DNA of 63,967 bases, counting the filler. It is 6 parts of 6 records of this genome, joined end to end, with 100 filler letters (N's around TTAATTAATTAA, not from the genome) between each part and the next. Parts side by side here need not be neighbours in the genome. Positions count along the whole stretch, not along the records: positions 43,243 to 52,647 come from SRR31156797_12664; positions 52,748 to 58,722 come from SRR31156797_12671; positions 58,823 to 63,967 come from SRR31156797_12995; 3 more parts are not named here. One strand, written 5' to 3'. Of this stretch, positions 50,681-61,219 are shown piece after piece (within the stretch, counting starts at the first letter, position 1; the number at the start of each line of letters is the position of its first letter). The position numbers were made by a program, and so were the translations under genes. Below the pieces are notes generated by a model. The model was not told where the DNA came from, made no database searches, and saw only the letters and a list, made by a program, of their open reading frames with translations.

Positions 50681-51496
50681 TTAAATTTTAATATTTTCAT
50701 TTTGTAATAAAATATCAAGCTTATCTATTAAAATGTCAATTTTTTCCAAGATAACATTACTGCAATTTGGAATTTCTGCAATAATATCCCGGACATTCGT
50801 TTCCATATTAACAGGTAGCTTTTTAGCATTTTCGCTTAGTAGTTTTAATATTTTCTTTTCTCCAGGGTGTTTTATCTCATTTAAAGCAAATAATATATCA
50901 AAATAACTCTCAAACAGTGCACTTACTCTGTGATTAACACTAACGATATCATCTCTTTTTATCGCTTTTTCTATCTGAAAATAGTATGCAGGTGTTTTTA
51001 ATCTCAGTAAATCATAATTTTTTCTGATAATATTTAACTTTAATTCTTGTGGATATGCGATGTCATATTTTTCTATTAACTCTTTTGCTGTTCCGTTTCT
51101 ATCAAATAGTATTTTGGAATTAATCAAATTACTCCAGAAACAAGTTGAGTAACCAACCCATGCATTCTTATTATCTAATGAATCATTTAAAATTCCCTTA
51201 ATAAAATCGAAACTTCTGTAAATTAATTCAATTGGAACATCTCCTTCTTTTAATACTCCGTCATCTTCTGTTTCCCAGTATTGATTGTTTATCTCCATCA
51301 TACTACAGTATTTGTCAGCAATCTCTTTTCTAGTATCGATGCTGATCTCTTTATTAGTGTAGATATAAACATCATAATCAGAAAGGCTATCCTCAGTTTC
51401 ATTAGCTTTTGATCCTGCTAATAATATGGCTTCTACTTCTTCTAAGTTCGAAAAATCTGCTATTAAGCCATCAAAATCTTTGTTTTGCATATTCAT
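50681..51496 (-). CDS. Nucleotidyltransferase-fold (DUF4037-like) protein
   Basis: GS.A....D..SDYDVY, YFDILFALN and HPGEK. Confidence 0.8.
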   Translation of the reverse strand: MNMQNKDFDGLIADFSNLEEVEAILLAGSKANETEDSLSDYDVYIYTNKEISIDTRKEIADKYCSMMEINNQYWETEDDGVLKEGDVPIELIYRSFDFIKGILNDSLDNKNAWVGYSTCFWSNLINSKILFDRNGTAKELIEKYDIAYPQELKLNIIRKNYDLLRLKTPAYYFQIEKAIKRDDIVSVNHRVSALFESYFDILFALNEIKHPGEKKILKLLSENAKKLPVNMETNVRDIIAEIPNCSNVILEKIDILIDKLDILLQNENIKI

Positions 51497-51623
51497 CTCT
51501 CCTCTTGTAATTAATATTGTAACTTCTCGTTTTGGAAACGCTTCCAAAAATAGATAAAAAAAGTTACAGCTGCTAAAGCAATTGTAACTTAAAATTTCTA
51601 TTTTGAAAAGAGTTAAATTTTAA

Positions 51624-52571
51624 TTATTTTACGTGAGTATAACTTGACCATTCGTTTTTAGCTGTTTTAATAATAATTCTGCTAACATTGAATTTGAGTT
51701 TTGTATCAAATTCAGCTTCTAAATAACCATCTTTAAGATTATACCATTGCCAGCCGTAACCAGAGATATATAACTCAACTTTATTTATTTTATCATCTAC
51801 TTTTATTTTAAGAGATTTTAATATATTATCTTCTATTTGAACCTCTTCCCACTTTGCATCAAGGTATTTTGTTCTTAACCAGTAAGCAAGATCATTATCA
51901 TTTCCAATTGCGATTCTATTTAAATCATAGATATTACTCTTGTGACTGACTGCACCACTTGTTTGGTTAAATACAGCTCTAAATTTGAACTCTTTAACAG
52001 TATCTAAAACATCGGCATTGTATTCACTGTATGGGTGAGTATATGACTCGACGTTTCCTTTATAATTTTTAGCGAAAAGTTCCATACTTTTTTTCAGATC
52101 AGCCCTTAACTCCTCTTTGCTTATTTTAGTAGAGTGCGGATGACTATGAGAATGGCTTCCTATTGATCCGTATTTACTGATCTCCTCTATTTGCTCCCAG
52201 CTAAGAAAATCACCATAACCGTCATTTACAGCCTGAGTATTAACATATAGTGTAAATGGATAATCAAACTCTTTAAAGACAGGTAATCCGTTAGTATAAA
52301 AAGTCTCATATGCATCATCAATAGTTAATGCTATCCAGTTATTAGGAATCTCTATTCCTTTTTCGATTCTTTCCAGAATTGCTTCTAATTTTACAACTTC
52401 ATATCCTTTATCTTTTAAATATTGAAAATCCTTTTTTAACTTCTCAGTTTTGATATTTGATGAGTTATATCTCGAATCGTTAAATCTATGATAAACCAGA
52501 ATATGCGCATTTGCTGAGACGAGTATATTTATAACTAAAAATGTAACTAAAATACTTAATTTCTTAAACAT
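51624..52571 (-). CDS. Exported polysaccharide deacetylase
   Basis: LVYHRF, TIDDAY, SHSHSH and HPYSEY. Confidence 0.88.
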   Translation of the reverse strand: MFKKLSILVTFLVINILVSANAHILVYHRFNDSRYNSSNIKTEKLKKDFQYLKDKGYEVVKLEAILERIEKGIEIPNNWIALTIDDAYETFYTNGLPVFKEFDYPFTLYVNTQAVNDGYGDFLSWEQIEEISKYGSIGSHSHSHPHSTKISKEELRADLKKSMELFAKNYKGNVESYTHPYSEYNADVLDTVKEFKFRAVFNQTSGAVSHKSNIYDLNRIAIGNDNDLAYWLRTKYLDAKWEEVQIEDNILKSLKIKVDDKINKVELYISGYGWQWYNLKDGYLEAEFDTKLKFNVSRIIIKTAKNEWSSYTHVK

Positions 52572-52647
52572 AATTGGCTCCCTTCAACTATTTTTTTTGT
52601 TTTATTATAAATTTTACTTAGTTTCTTATACAGTCACGAGCTTAAAC

Positions 52648-52747
52648 NNNNNNNNNNNNNNNNNNNNNNNNNNNNNNNNNNNNNNNNNNNNTTAATTAAT
52701 TAANNNNNNNNNNNNNNNNNNNNNNNNNNNNNNNNNNNNNNNNNNNN
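52648..52747. other. Artificial contig spacer
   Basis: N-run, TTAATTAATTAA, N-run. Confidence 0.99.
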
Positions 52748-53299
52748 TTGGTGGTACACTACATGTATGCCCGCAACAGCCGCCGCAAAGATTTTTACTT
52801 TAGCTTCATTTCGGTTGGTACTGTGGTATTTTTACTTAGCTTTTTGCTGAACAGTGTAAAACTGGAACTCGGATTTGCCCTCGGTTTATTCGCCATTTTT
52901 GGCATTATTCGGTATCGAACCGACGCCATTCCCATAAAAGAAATGACCTATTTGTTTATTGTAATTGGTATTTCGGTAATAAATGCATTGGCCAATAAAA
53001 AGGTAAGTTATGTGGAGCTGATTTTTACCAACTCGGCCATCGTTTTTGGCTTGTGGTTGCTCGAAAAACGCCTGATGCTTAAACAGGAAGGCTCAATTAA
53101 ACTTATCTACGAAAAAATAGAAAATATTCATACACAAAGCGAAGAATCGTTGCTTGCCGACCTTCGCGAACGAACGGGCATAGATATTAAACGCTACGAA
53201 ATTCAAAAAATCGACTTTTTGAAAGATGTGGCCGAGATCATCTTGTATTTTAACGTAAACGGAAAAGGAAATTCAAAAAACAACGTAACATCCATATAA
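52748..53299 (+). CDS. DUF4956-family membrane protein, 5' truncated
   Basis: GFALGLFAIFGIIRYRT..I.IKEMTYLF. Confidence 0.85.
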   Translation: MVVHYMYARNSRRKDFYFSFISVGTVVFLLSFLLNSVKLELGFALGLFAIFGIIRYRTDAIPIKEMTYLFIVIGISVINALANKKVSYVELIFTNSAIVFGLWLLEKRLMLKQEGSIKLIYEKIENIHTQSEESLLADLRERTGIDIKRYEIQKIDFLKDVAEIILYFNVNGKGNSKNNVTSI

Positions 53300-53520
53300 T
53301 TTTTTTTGCCAGAGCCACTGCTGCTAAAAGCTTGTAAAACCAAAAGACAGTTTATAGCAGCAAGCAAGAAGATTAGGCTCATAGACGGGAACAATTACAA
53401 CAAATAGTAAATCATACGGTTTCCGGTCTACCCACAAGCTCGCCTACCGAAGGGCAAGCAGGCATCATATGCCCTATAAAGAAATAATTATAATGAGTTG
53501 AAAACCAAAAATTTCAGAAC

Positions 53521-54168
53521 ATGAAAATCAGAATAAAAATAATATCATTAGCGATCCTCCTGCTGGCCGGCATAATTACTTTGGCACAGGAAACCGAAAA
53601 TGAATTTCAAACAAGAACCGGGCTTGACCTTACTTTTAAACCCATAAAAAAAGTGAAGTTTACCATTAGCCCTGAACTTCGTTTTGAAGACGACTTTACC
53701 CTCGATAAATATTTACTTGAAGGAGAACTGGAATACAAAGCAATAAAATACCTGACTCTTGGAGCAAAATATGGTTTTGTGGGAAACCTTCGTAATGAAA
53801 AGGACACCGAATATCTTAGCCGCTATGCATTTTCTGCTACCCTGAAAAAGAAATTCGATCGTTTTACTCCTTCTTTTCGTTTAATGTACAGCAACTATGC
53901 CGACGACGATGTGGACGATAAAAAATTTATGCGTTACAAAGCGGCAGTTAAATACGATATTCCCGATTGTAAAATTACGCCTTTTGTGGCTGTTCAGCTT
54001 TTCCAGGACTTAAGCGAAGGCGGATTGCACAAAACCCGGTATGCTGTGGGTGCCGATTATAAACTGTTCAAAAAGAACTACCTCGGGCTTAGCTACAAGT
54101 TAGATTATTACAAAACGGAATACCTGAATAAGCATATAATCAGTCTGAGATACAAGATTAAATTTTAA
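53521..54168 (+). CDS. DUF2490-like outer-membrane beta-barrel protein
   Basis: Signal peptide, amphipathic strands and terminal YKIKF; next to DUF4956. Confidence 0.75.
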   Translation: MKIRIKIISLAILLLAGIITLAQETENEFQTRTGLDLTFKPIKKVKFTISPELRFEDDFTLDKYLLEGELEYKAIKYLTLGAKYGFVGNLRNEKDTEYLSRYAFSATLKKKFDRFTPSFRLMYSNYADDDVDDKKFMRYKAAVKYDIPDCKITPFVAVQLFQDLSEGGLHKTRYAVGADYKLFKKNYLGLSYKLDYYKTEYLNKHIISLRYKIKF

Positions 54169-54466
54169 GATTTTACTACGATGAAAAGAGACCTATGGCC
54201 ATAGGTCTCACAATTTCTACCCGAATAATAATCCTGAAAACGGACTGCTAACCCGGATGCTGTGGGATAACAATGAAGCTTTTCAGGAAGGTATGATGTT
54301 CTTGCCGGTTCGTTGCCTTACAACTACCATTCAAACGTCATTACGATCCCGGTGACCGTCGGGAGAAGCAATCCGTACTCCACTTCCGCTGTTAAATCCT
54401 TTCAAAAAACACAAACCTATTTTTTGTTTTCACGTACCCTAACACACTCACTTTAAAATCACTATC

Positions 54467-55225
54467 ATGAAAAAATTTATTCTAGTCGTTGGATTTGCCA
54501 TATTTTCGGCAGCCTTTTTAATCACAACGGTAACGGCTCAGGAAACAGAAGAGCCAGCCATGTTCCTGGTGTTTGAAGAACTTGTTTCACCTGCCGACCT
54601 TCCAAAATTCTGGGAAGTACAAACCGAAGCCATAAAAACATTCGATGAACACGAATTTGACATGAAATTTACGGCCTTTCAAACCGATGCCAATTCATTT
54701 TACTGGGCCATTCCAATTAAAAATTTTGCTTCCATCGACGAGCTTTATGCCAAAATGAAAAGTCAGTATAAAGTAATGTTGGAAAATGGTTACAATCCGT
54801 CTGAAAAATTCCGCGATTTATCCAGACTAAACCATTTTGTTGTTCGACACAACAAAGATCTCTCCTATCATTCTGAAGAAAAAACAGAAGATGCAGCACC
54901 CGATAAATTTTTCGAATGGACCTTTTTTCACCTGAAATCCGGTCATGAGAAAGAAGCTTCCGAAGCGGCCAAAAAATACATCGAATTTTACGACAATATC
55001 GAAGAAGATTACGGATGGAACATTTACGAAATAGTTTTGGGCAACAATACTCCCTGCTGGATTTTAGAAGTTTCGGGCGAAAGCGAAGTAACACTTCGTA
55101 AACTGGAAACAGAGTTAATGGAAAAATACAAAGAGGATTTCCAGAAACTATGGATGGATTTTATTCAGCATGTGGATGACACCGAGATGAGAAGAGGTTG
55201 GTTGCTTCCCGATTGGTCGAGATAA
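54467..55225 (+). CDS. Secreted hypothetical protein, paralog A
   Basis: Signal peptide. Shares FYW..PIKNFAS.DELY, EWTF..LK..H.KEA and TPCWIL with 55289-56059. Confidence 0.85.
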   Translation: MKKFILVVGFAIFSAAFLITTVTAQETEEPAMFLVFEELVSPADLPKFWEVQTEAIKTFDEHEFDMKFTAFQTDANSFYWAIPIKNFASIDELYAKMKSQYKVMLENGYNPSEKFRDLSRLNHFVVRHNKDLSYHSEEKTEDAAPDKFFEWTFFHLKSGHEKEASEAAKKYIEFYDNIEEDYGWNIYEIVLGNNTPCWILEVSGESEVTLRKLETELMEKYKEDFQKLWMDFIQHVDDTEMRRGWLLPDWSR

Positions 55226-55288
55226 AAAAAATCATAACCTATTGATTTACTTTACGTAGTATAGCTTGTCTCACTAAAAGTCACTACC

Positions 55289-56059
55289 ATGAAAAACTTT
55301 ACTTTATTAATTGTGCTGTGTCTCTTCCTGGGTGTAGCACTAAGCCCCAACAGTGTAGCACAAAATACTGAAATGCCCGATAACTTTATTGTTTACGAAG
55401 AAGTGATCGAACCTGCCGATGTTCCTGCTTATGAAAAAATTCAGGAACAAAACACCGTACTCTTTAAAAAACACGGATTCGATATTCCGATGTACAGCTA
55501 CCGCACCGATGATTATTCGTTCTATTGGGTGGTACCCATAAAAAACTTTGCCAGCATGGACGAATTGTATGAAAAATACAAGGAGTTTTACAGCAAACTG
55601 AGCCAAGATGAAGAATTTGATCCGATGGCAGGACGCGACCTATATACGCAGAACCAAACCATTATTCACCGTTCGTCTTCGTTATCGTTTTCGCCGGATA
55701 GCAGCAGACAAACCGAAAATAATACTTATTGCGAATGGACCTTTATATACCTGAAAGCGCAGCACGGAAAAGAAGCCGCTGAGGTAATTAAAAAATACCA
55801 GGAATTTTACGATAGCATTGAAGACAGCTATCAATGGGATTTGTACACGGTTATGATTGGGCAGGAAACTCCCTGCTGGATATTGATGACACGTGCCGAA
55901 AGCGAACTGGCCTTACGGCAGCATGAACACGAACTCTACCAAAAACACGGCGAAAAATTTAAAGAGCTTTGGGCCGAGTTTGTTCCGCATGCCCGGAAAA
56001 TAGAAACCCGAAAAGGCTGGTTTATCCCCAACTGGTCGTTAAACTGGAAAATGGAGTAG
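55289..56059 (+). CDS. Secreted hypothetical protein, paralog B
   Basis: Colinear paralog of 54467-55225, followed by a terminator at about 56107-56135. Confidence 0.85.
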   Translation: MKNFTLLIVLCLFLGVALSPNSVAQNTEMPDNFIVYEEVIEPADVPAYEKIQEQNTVLFKKHGFDIPMYSYRTDDYSFYWVVPIKNFASMDELYEKYKEFYSKLSQDEEFDPMAGRDLYTQNQTIIHRSSSLSFSPDSSRQTENNTYCEWTFIYLKAQHGKEAAEVIKKYQEFYDSIEDSYQWDLYTVMIGQETPCWILMTRAESELALRQHEHELYQKHGEKFKELWAEFVPHARKIETRKGWFIPNWSLNWKME

Positions 56060-56377
56060 CTGGTATTCCACAGCTTAGCATATAAAAGCGATTTTACTCC
56101 GTATGGAACACGGGTTGCAAGACCCGTGTTTTTTTGTGTAAACCAGTGTAAGGCGAACACACATTCATCGCAAAGTTTAAACTTGTTAAAAAAACAACCA
56201 ACTCTAATTAACACCTCCCTTATTGCGGTACATGCCAGGCTACCAAAATAAAATCCCTACAGGGTTTATCCGGTTATCAAACAAACAGTCATTGCGAACA
56301 AAACAAAGCAATCTCAACAATTACCTTGCGAAATAAAAGGAAACCAGGTTACCTCGTTGTACCTCCTCCCCATCACA

Positions 56378-56842
56378 TTAATCTGCAGGTTCATTGGCTT
56401 GCAGTTTCATACCTAGTTGCAGCATCATACCCATCTCGTCGTATAGTTCCCATTCTTCCGTAATCTTTCCATGCTCAATTCTGAAAATGGTAACGACCTG
56501 CACCTCTAGCTTTTTACCGCTTGCTGGTATTCCGTTTAGTTCGCCGGTATGTACACCGCTAAACAAAACACGGCTAATCACTTTATTGTCCGATGCGATC
56601 AATTCCTGTACCTCAACCCGGGTATTCTCAAAAGCCGATGCGTACATTTTATACATCTCCTTGTACGCTGCCAAACCCTTTTGGCTGGTCCTTGGACCAC
56701 CAAAAACAATGTTGGGCAACAAGCATTCATCCAAAACTGCGATATTGCGTTTGTTCCACATTTCATCCCAGCAATGTTTAATTAGATTTTTGTTCCGCTG
56801 CTCTTGTTCTTTTAAATGTTTAAATTCTGCTGTTTCTAACAT
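56378..56842 (-). CDS. SnoaL-like ester cyclase
   Basis: GVHTGEL.GIPASGK and FRIEHGKI.EEW...D. Confidence 0.85.
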   Translation of the reverse strand: MLETAEFKHLKEQEQRNKNLIKHCWDEMWNKRNIAVLDECLLPNIVFGGPRTSQKGLAAYKEMYKMYASAFENTRVEVQELIASDNKVISRVLFSGVHTGELNGIPASGKKLEVQVVTIFRIEHGKITEEWELYDEMGMMLQLGMKLQANEPAD

Positions 56843-57163
56843 ATCATTACTTTTTGGTTAATGTGGTTTTTTATACGTAATTAGCGGGGGTTTTGTTTGA
56901 ACAAAACCGATAAACTACAGCTGCCGGTACACGGTTTTATTGCCTATTTTTTCACCCAACGAAATGGAAAAATGGCGCGTATTACCTTCTGCCAATAACA
57001 AACCATTTCATCGCTTCCCTTTTGTTAATACCACCTATCCCTCGTTAGTGGCATTTCTCCCAAAGTTGCTACAGTGGTCACTATTCTGTGTTGTTTAACA
57101 CCGATATATTCCAATTCTGAAGACAATGTTCTTTTTTTGTATAAATCGTATTGCACCATTACA

Positions 57164-58645
57164 ATGAATATTTTACTGATTTACCCGGAATATCCCGATA
57201 CATTCTGGAGTTATAAACATGCCCTGAAATTTGTTTCCAAAAAAGCAGCCTATCCGCCTTTGGGATTGATAACAGTAGCCGCTATGCTTCCCAAAAACTG
57301 GAATTGCAAACTGATTGACCTGAACATTGAAACGTTACCAAACAAAGACCTCCGGTGGGCCGACTATGTTTTTATCAGCGCCATGAATACTCAAATTATT
57401 TCGGTGAAGCAGATCATTCATACCTGCAAAATCAACAAGAAACCTATTGTTGCCGGTGGTCCTTTATTTACAGCCGATTTCGAACATTTTAAGGATGTCA
57501 ACCATCTGGTATTAAATGAAGCAGAAATCACACTTCCTCTTTTTCTGAAAGACCTGCAAAACGGTTGCGCAAAAAAAATATACACCAGTAATGCCTTTGC
57601 CAATTTAAAAGAATCGCCTGGCCCCGACTATTCGCTTATTAAAATGAAAAGTTACACCTCAAAAAGCATCCAGTTTTCAAGGGGATGTCCTTTTAACTGC
57701 GAGTTTTGCGATATAACAGCCTTACTCGGACATCAATGCCGGCTAAAAAGTACCGGGCAGATCATTCAGGAGCTGCAAAACCTTTACGATTTAAACTGGA
57801 CAGGTGAGCTCTTTTTTGTTGACGACAACTTTATCGGAAATAAGAAGGTGCTTAAAAAGGAGTTGCTCCCGGCCATTATCAAATGGATGGAGGAACACCA
57901 GTATCCTTTCTATTTTACCACCGAGGCTTCTATTAACCTTTCCGACGATGAAGAACTGATGCGCCTAATGACCCGCGCTGGATTTTTAAACGTTTTTATT
58001 GGTATTGAAACCCCCGTAACTGAAGGGCTGGAAGAATGCAATAAAACACAAAACACCAACCGGAACCTCATTAAAAGTGTAAAAAAAGTGCAGCAGGCGG
58101 GAATGGAAGTGCTGGGTGGTTTTATTATCGGTTTCGACAGCGATTCTCCAACTGTTTTTCGCAAGCAGATTGAATTTATCCAGGAAAGCGGAATAATATC
58201 GGCAATGATAGGCTTGCTTAATGCCCCCACAAAATCGCGCTTATACCAGCGTTTAAAATCAGAAAACCGGATTCTTGAACAATGGAAAGGTGACAACACA
58301 AGCAATGCCATGAATTTTATTCCCAAAATGGATAAAAACGAACTGGTAGAAGGTTTCCGGATGGTGATAAAAGGGGTATACGGAGGCAAACCCTATTACG
58401 AACGGGTAAAACGTTTTCTGAGTGATTTTGAGCCAAAGGTAAAAGGCAAAAACAAATTAAACCTCATCAGAATAAAGGCCTTTTTTAAATCCATTTTTAT
58501 TATCGGAATTTTAGACAACAACCGCCGTTATTACTGGAAACTGTTTTTCTGGAGCTTAATCAACCGGCGCCACCTCTTTCCCATGGCCATAACCTATGCG
58601 GTATACGGTTACCATTACAAAAAGTCCTACGAAAAACTATTCTGA
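57164..58645 (+). CDS. B12-binding radical SAM protein (DUF4070 type)
   Basis: PPLGLITVAA, GGP, SRGCPFNCEFC and VDDNFIG. Confidence 0.9.
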   Translation: MNILLIYPEYPDTFWSYKHALKFVSKKAAYPPLGLITVAAMLPKNWNCKLIDLNIETLPNKDLRWADYVFISAMNTQIISVKQIIHTCKINKKPIVAGGPLFTADFEHFKDVNHLVLNEAEITLPLFLKDLQNGCAKKIYTSNAFANLKESPGPDYSLIKMKSYTSKSIQFSRGCPFNCEFCDITALLGHQCRLKSTGQIIQELQNLYDLNWTGELFFVDDNFIGNKKVLKKELLPAIIKWMEEHQYPFYFTTEASINLSDDEELMRLMTRAGFLNVFIGIETPVTEGLEECNKTQNTNRNLIKSVKKVQQAGMEVLGGFIIGFDSDSPTVFRKQIEFIQESGIISAMIGLLNAPTKSRLYQRLKSENRILEQWKGDNTSNAMNFIPKMDKNELVEGFRMVIKGVYGGKPYYERVKRFLSDFEPKVKGKNKLNLIRIKAFFKSIFIIGILDNNRRYYWKLFFWSLINRRHLFPMAITYAVYGYHYKKSYEKLF

Positions 58646-58722
58646 CAACAAGGTGGTAATACTATTCGCATTTCAACCCAAAACGAATACCCAACTACCA
58701 CCGACCAAAAATTCTCCTCCTG

Positions 58723-58822
58723 NNNNNNNNNNNNNNNNNNNNNNNNNNNNNNNNNNNNNNNNNNNNTTAATTAATTAANNNNNNNNNNNNNNNNNNNNNN
58801 NNNNNNNNNNNNNNNNNNNNNN
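58723..58822. other. Artificial contig spacer
   Basis: N-run, TTAATTAATTAA, N-run. Confidence 0.99.
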
Positions 58823-59199
58823 TGGCTGCTTTTTCAAGTCTATGTGGGGCTCAAGCAGAGACAGCAATACGATTGTCCACTGGTTTTGCAGGCGGAATGG
58901 TTCATGGAAAGACCTGTGGCGCCATATGCGGCGCCGTAATGGTGATTAGCTTAAAACTGGGTCCTGGAATTAGTAGGGATCAGTATTCAAAAGAATTGTG
59001 CATTCAGGCTATACAGGAGCTTTTCCAGCGTTTTAAACAGCGAAGAAAAACCGTTGAGTGCAGAAAGCTTCTTCTGATTAACGGCGTTAATTTTGATAAC
59101 CCCGATGAGATGAAAACTTTAAGTGAAAAAGGTATTTGTGTATCGATTGTCAGGGATGTAGCAGAATTACTTGAAGAAATTCTTGCCGAAATTCCGTGA
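58823..59199 (+). CDS. C_GCAxxG_C_C redox protein, 5' truncated
   Basis: GFAGG...TCGAICG...C...C. Confidence 0.82.
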
Positions 59200-59438
59200 G
59201 CGACATGTTTATAAGAGAGAATTAAGAAAATTAACCAGATTTCTTAAGCATTATGGGGGACTCCTTGGAAGGGCAAATAAAATTACTGTCTTGGTCCTTT
59301 ATAAAAGGGATAATATCATTGGCGCCTAACGGGCATAGAATAAAACATAGAATAAAAGACATCCAGTTTTATATAGTTGTATTTGCATCTTAATCAGGTT
59401 CGTAATACATGTTCTTTAATATTTGACGATCAACGGTT

Positions 59439-59855
59439 TCACGTTGCGCCTCCAGGGACCGGCGCCCTGTTTGCCCGGTTGCGAAAGACAGGAATAAGAT
59501 ATAATAAGCTAATCCCCATAAACACGATAACAATGACCTGGGAAGTGAGAGTCGTCATGTCCCAGAATATAAATTCATTTACGGAACGCAGCAGATAAAA
59601 CAGTCCTATGGTCGCCCCGACGATCCGGCCCAGGGACGTTTGTAAAATCTCCCTGGAATAAAACAAGGACACGTAGGTAAACATGATAAAAACCAGGATC
59701 AGGTGAATATTCAAAGTCTGCATGACGCCGCGATTGTCCAGCGACAAAACGGCCAGGCTCCCGGGCCAGTCAAAAAGCTCCCAAAAAAACATGTGAAAAA
59801 CGGCCAATAATGCGTTTAACACTCCTCCGGCCAAAATCCATTTATTTCCGTTCAT
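59439..59855 (-). CDS. Hypothetical four-TM membrane protein
   Basis: FH.FFW.LF.W motif and four hydrophobic segments. Confidence 0.75.
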   Translation of the reverse strand: MNGNKWILAGGVLNALLAVFHMFFWELFDWPGSLAVLSLDNRGVMQTLNIHLILVFIMFTYVSLFYSREILQTSLGRIVGATIGLFYLLRSVNEFIFWDMTTLTSQVIVIVFMGISLLYLIPVFRNRANRAPVPGGAT

Positions 59856-59908
59856 GGCGTCTCTTCCTATATTTTATTAGTATTTAAATTTCATGGCCCC
59901 TGTTATGA

Positions 59909-61219
59909 TCAGGGGCAGGCGTCAAATTCATAGGGATTGCGAAATGAAACCCGGGCGCCCATTAATTCATAGAGCCTCAGTAATCCATACCGGGTCCGGT
60001 TGAGAAATGTGAAATGCGGGTTGACGCATAGATAATCTCTGTATTTGATCATGCCGGTCATGATGGCTTTGCCTTCTCGAATGAAATCCTTCTGCCTGGA
60101 AAAATCAAACACATCCACGCTGAACAACTTGGCCAGCCAGTCCCCGAATTGCTGCGATAGTTCCAAAATCTCGGCCTCATAAGGACCCTTGGAACCGCGC
60201 GGAAGAACCTCCAGTTCTTCCAGAAGATCGATATAAGCGTCCTGGTCAGATTTAACGGCCTGATGGGACAATTGTTGATAAAGTGATATGAAGCGTTCAT
60301 CAAATCTTTTGATGCAGCCAAAATCAACCAGACCCACAGACCCGTCGCCGTCTATCAACCAGTTGCCCGGGTGGGGGTCCGCATGAATGCAATTGAGCTC
60401 ATAAAGGCATTTAAGGAAAGCTTCTTGCATGACCTGGGCTACAGCGTCACGTTGTTTCTGCGAAGGATTTATTTTCAGCCATTCGTTTAAAGGCAGCCCT
60501 TCCATAAATGAAAGGCACAGGACATTATCGGAGCATAATTCGGGAAAGACGCTCGGGATGCGGAGCTTGTTTACGTCCAGGTTGTTTTTGAAAAAAGCCG
60601 CGTTTTCAGATTCCTGCCTGTATTCGGTCTCCTCAATGAAGCGGGCCTCAACTTCTTTAAGCACCGGCAGGATAAGTTCGTATTCCGAAAAAGGTTTAAA
60701 CAGGCTTTTTACAATCCGTACGTCGCTATCAATTGTGTTTTTTATTCCGGGGTACTGGAGTTTCACAGCCAGGGCCTGTCCGTCCGTCGCCGTCGCTTTG
60801 TGGACCTGCCCCAGGCTTGCCGCGGCAAAAGCTTGAGAATCAAAGGAATGAAACACTTTTTCCGGCGGCTTGCCAAAGGCGTTGATGATCACCTTGCGGG
60901 CCAGGACCCGGTTCATTGGAGGGACGTTATGATACGACCGCTCCAACTGGATACGAACTTCACTGGGAAACAGGTCCAGCTCCAGGCTAATGAGTTGGGC
61001 CAGTTTGAGAGCCGTTCCCTTAAGTTTGCATAGCCCCTCGAAAAGGGCTTCGGAACTTTGCTCGGCCATCTCCTTCCGGGCTTCGTCCTTGGCTTCATCA
61101 GAAAGAAAAGCTTTCCTGGCCGCGTATTTCAACTGCATACCCCCCAGGCGGGCGACGGTCTTGCCGCCTTCTATGCATCTAGCCAACCGGCTTTCCGGGA
61201 TATCATCGTTTTTTGTCAT
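59909..61219 (-). CDS. ABC1/UbiB/AarF atypical kinase
   Basis: AAASLGQVH, VKLQYPG, HADPHPGN and DFG. Confidence 0.92.
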   Translation of the reverse strand: MTKNDDIPESRLARCIEGGKTVARLGGMQLKYAARKAFLSDEAKDEARKEMAEQSSEALFEGLCKLKGTALKLAQLISLELDLFPSEVRIQLERSYHNVPPMNRVLARKVIINAFGKPPEKVFHSFDSQAFAAASLGQVHKATATDGQALAVKLQYPGIKNTIDSDVRIVKSLFKPFSEYELILPVLKEVEARFIEETEYRQESENAAFFKNNLDVNKLRIPSVFPELCSDNVLCLSFMEGLPLNEWLKINPSQKQRDAVAQVMQEAFLKCLYELNCIHADPHPGNWLIDGDGSVGLVDFGCIKRFDERFISLYQQLSHQAVKSDQDAYIDLLEELEVLPRGSKGPYEAEILELSQQFGDWLAKLFSVDVFDFSRQKDFIREGKAIMTGMIKYRDYLCVNPHFTFLNRTRYGLLRLYELMGARVSFRNPYEFDACP

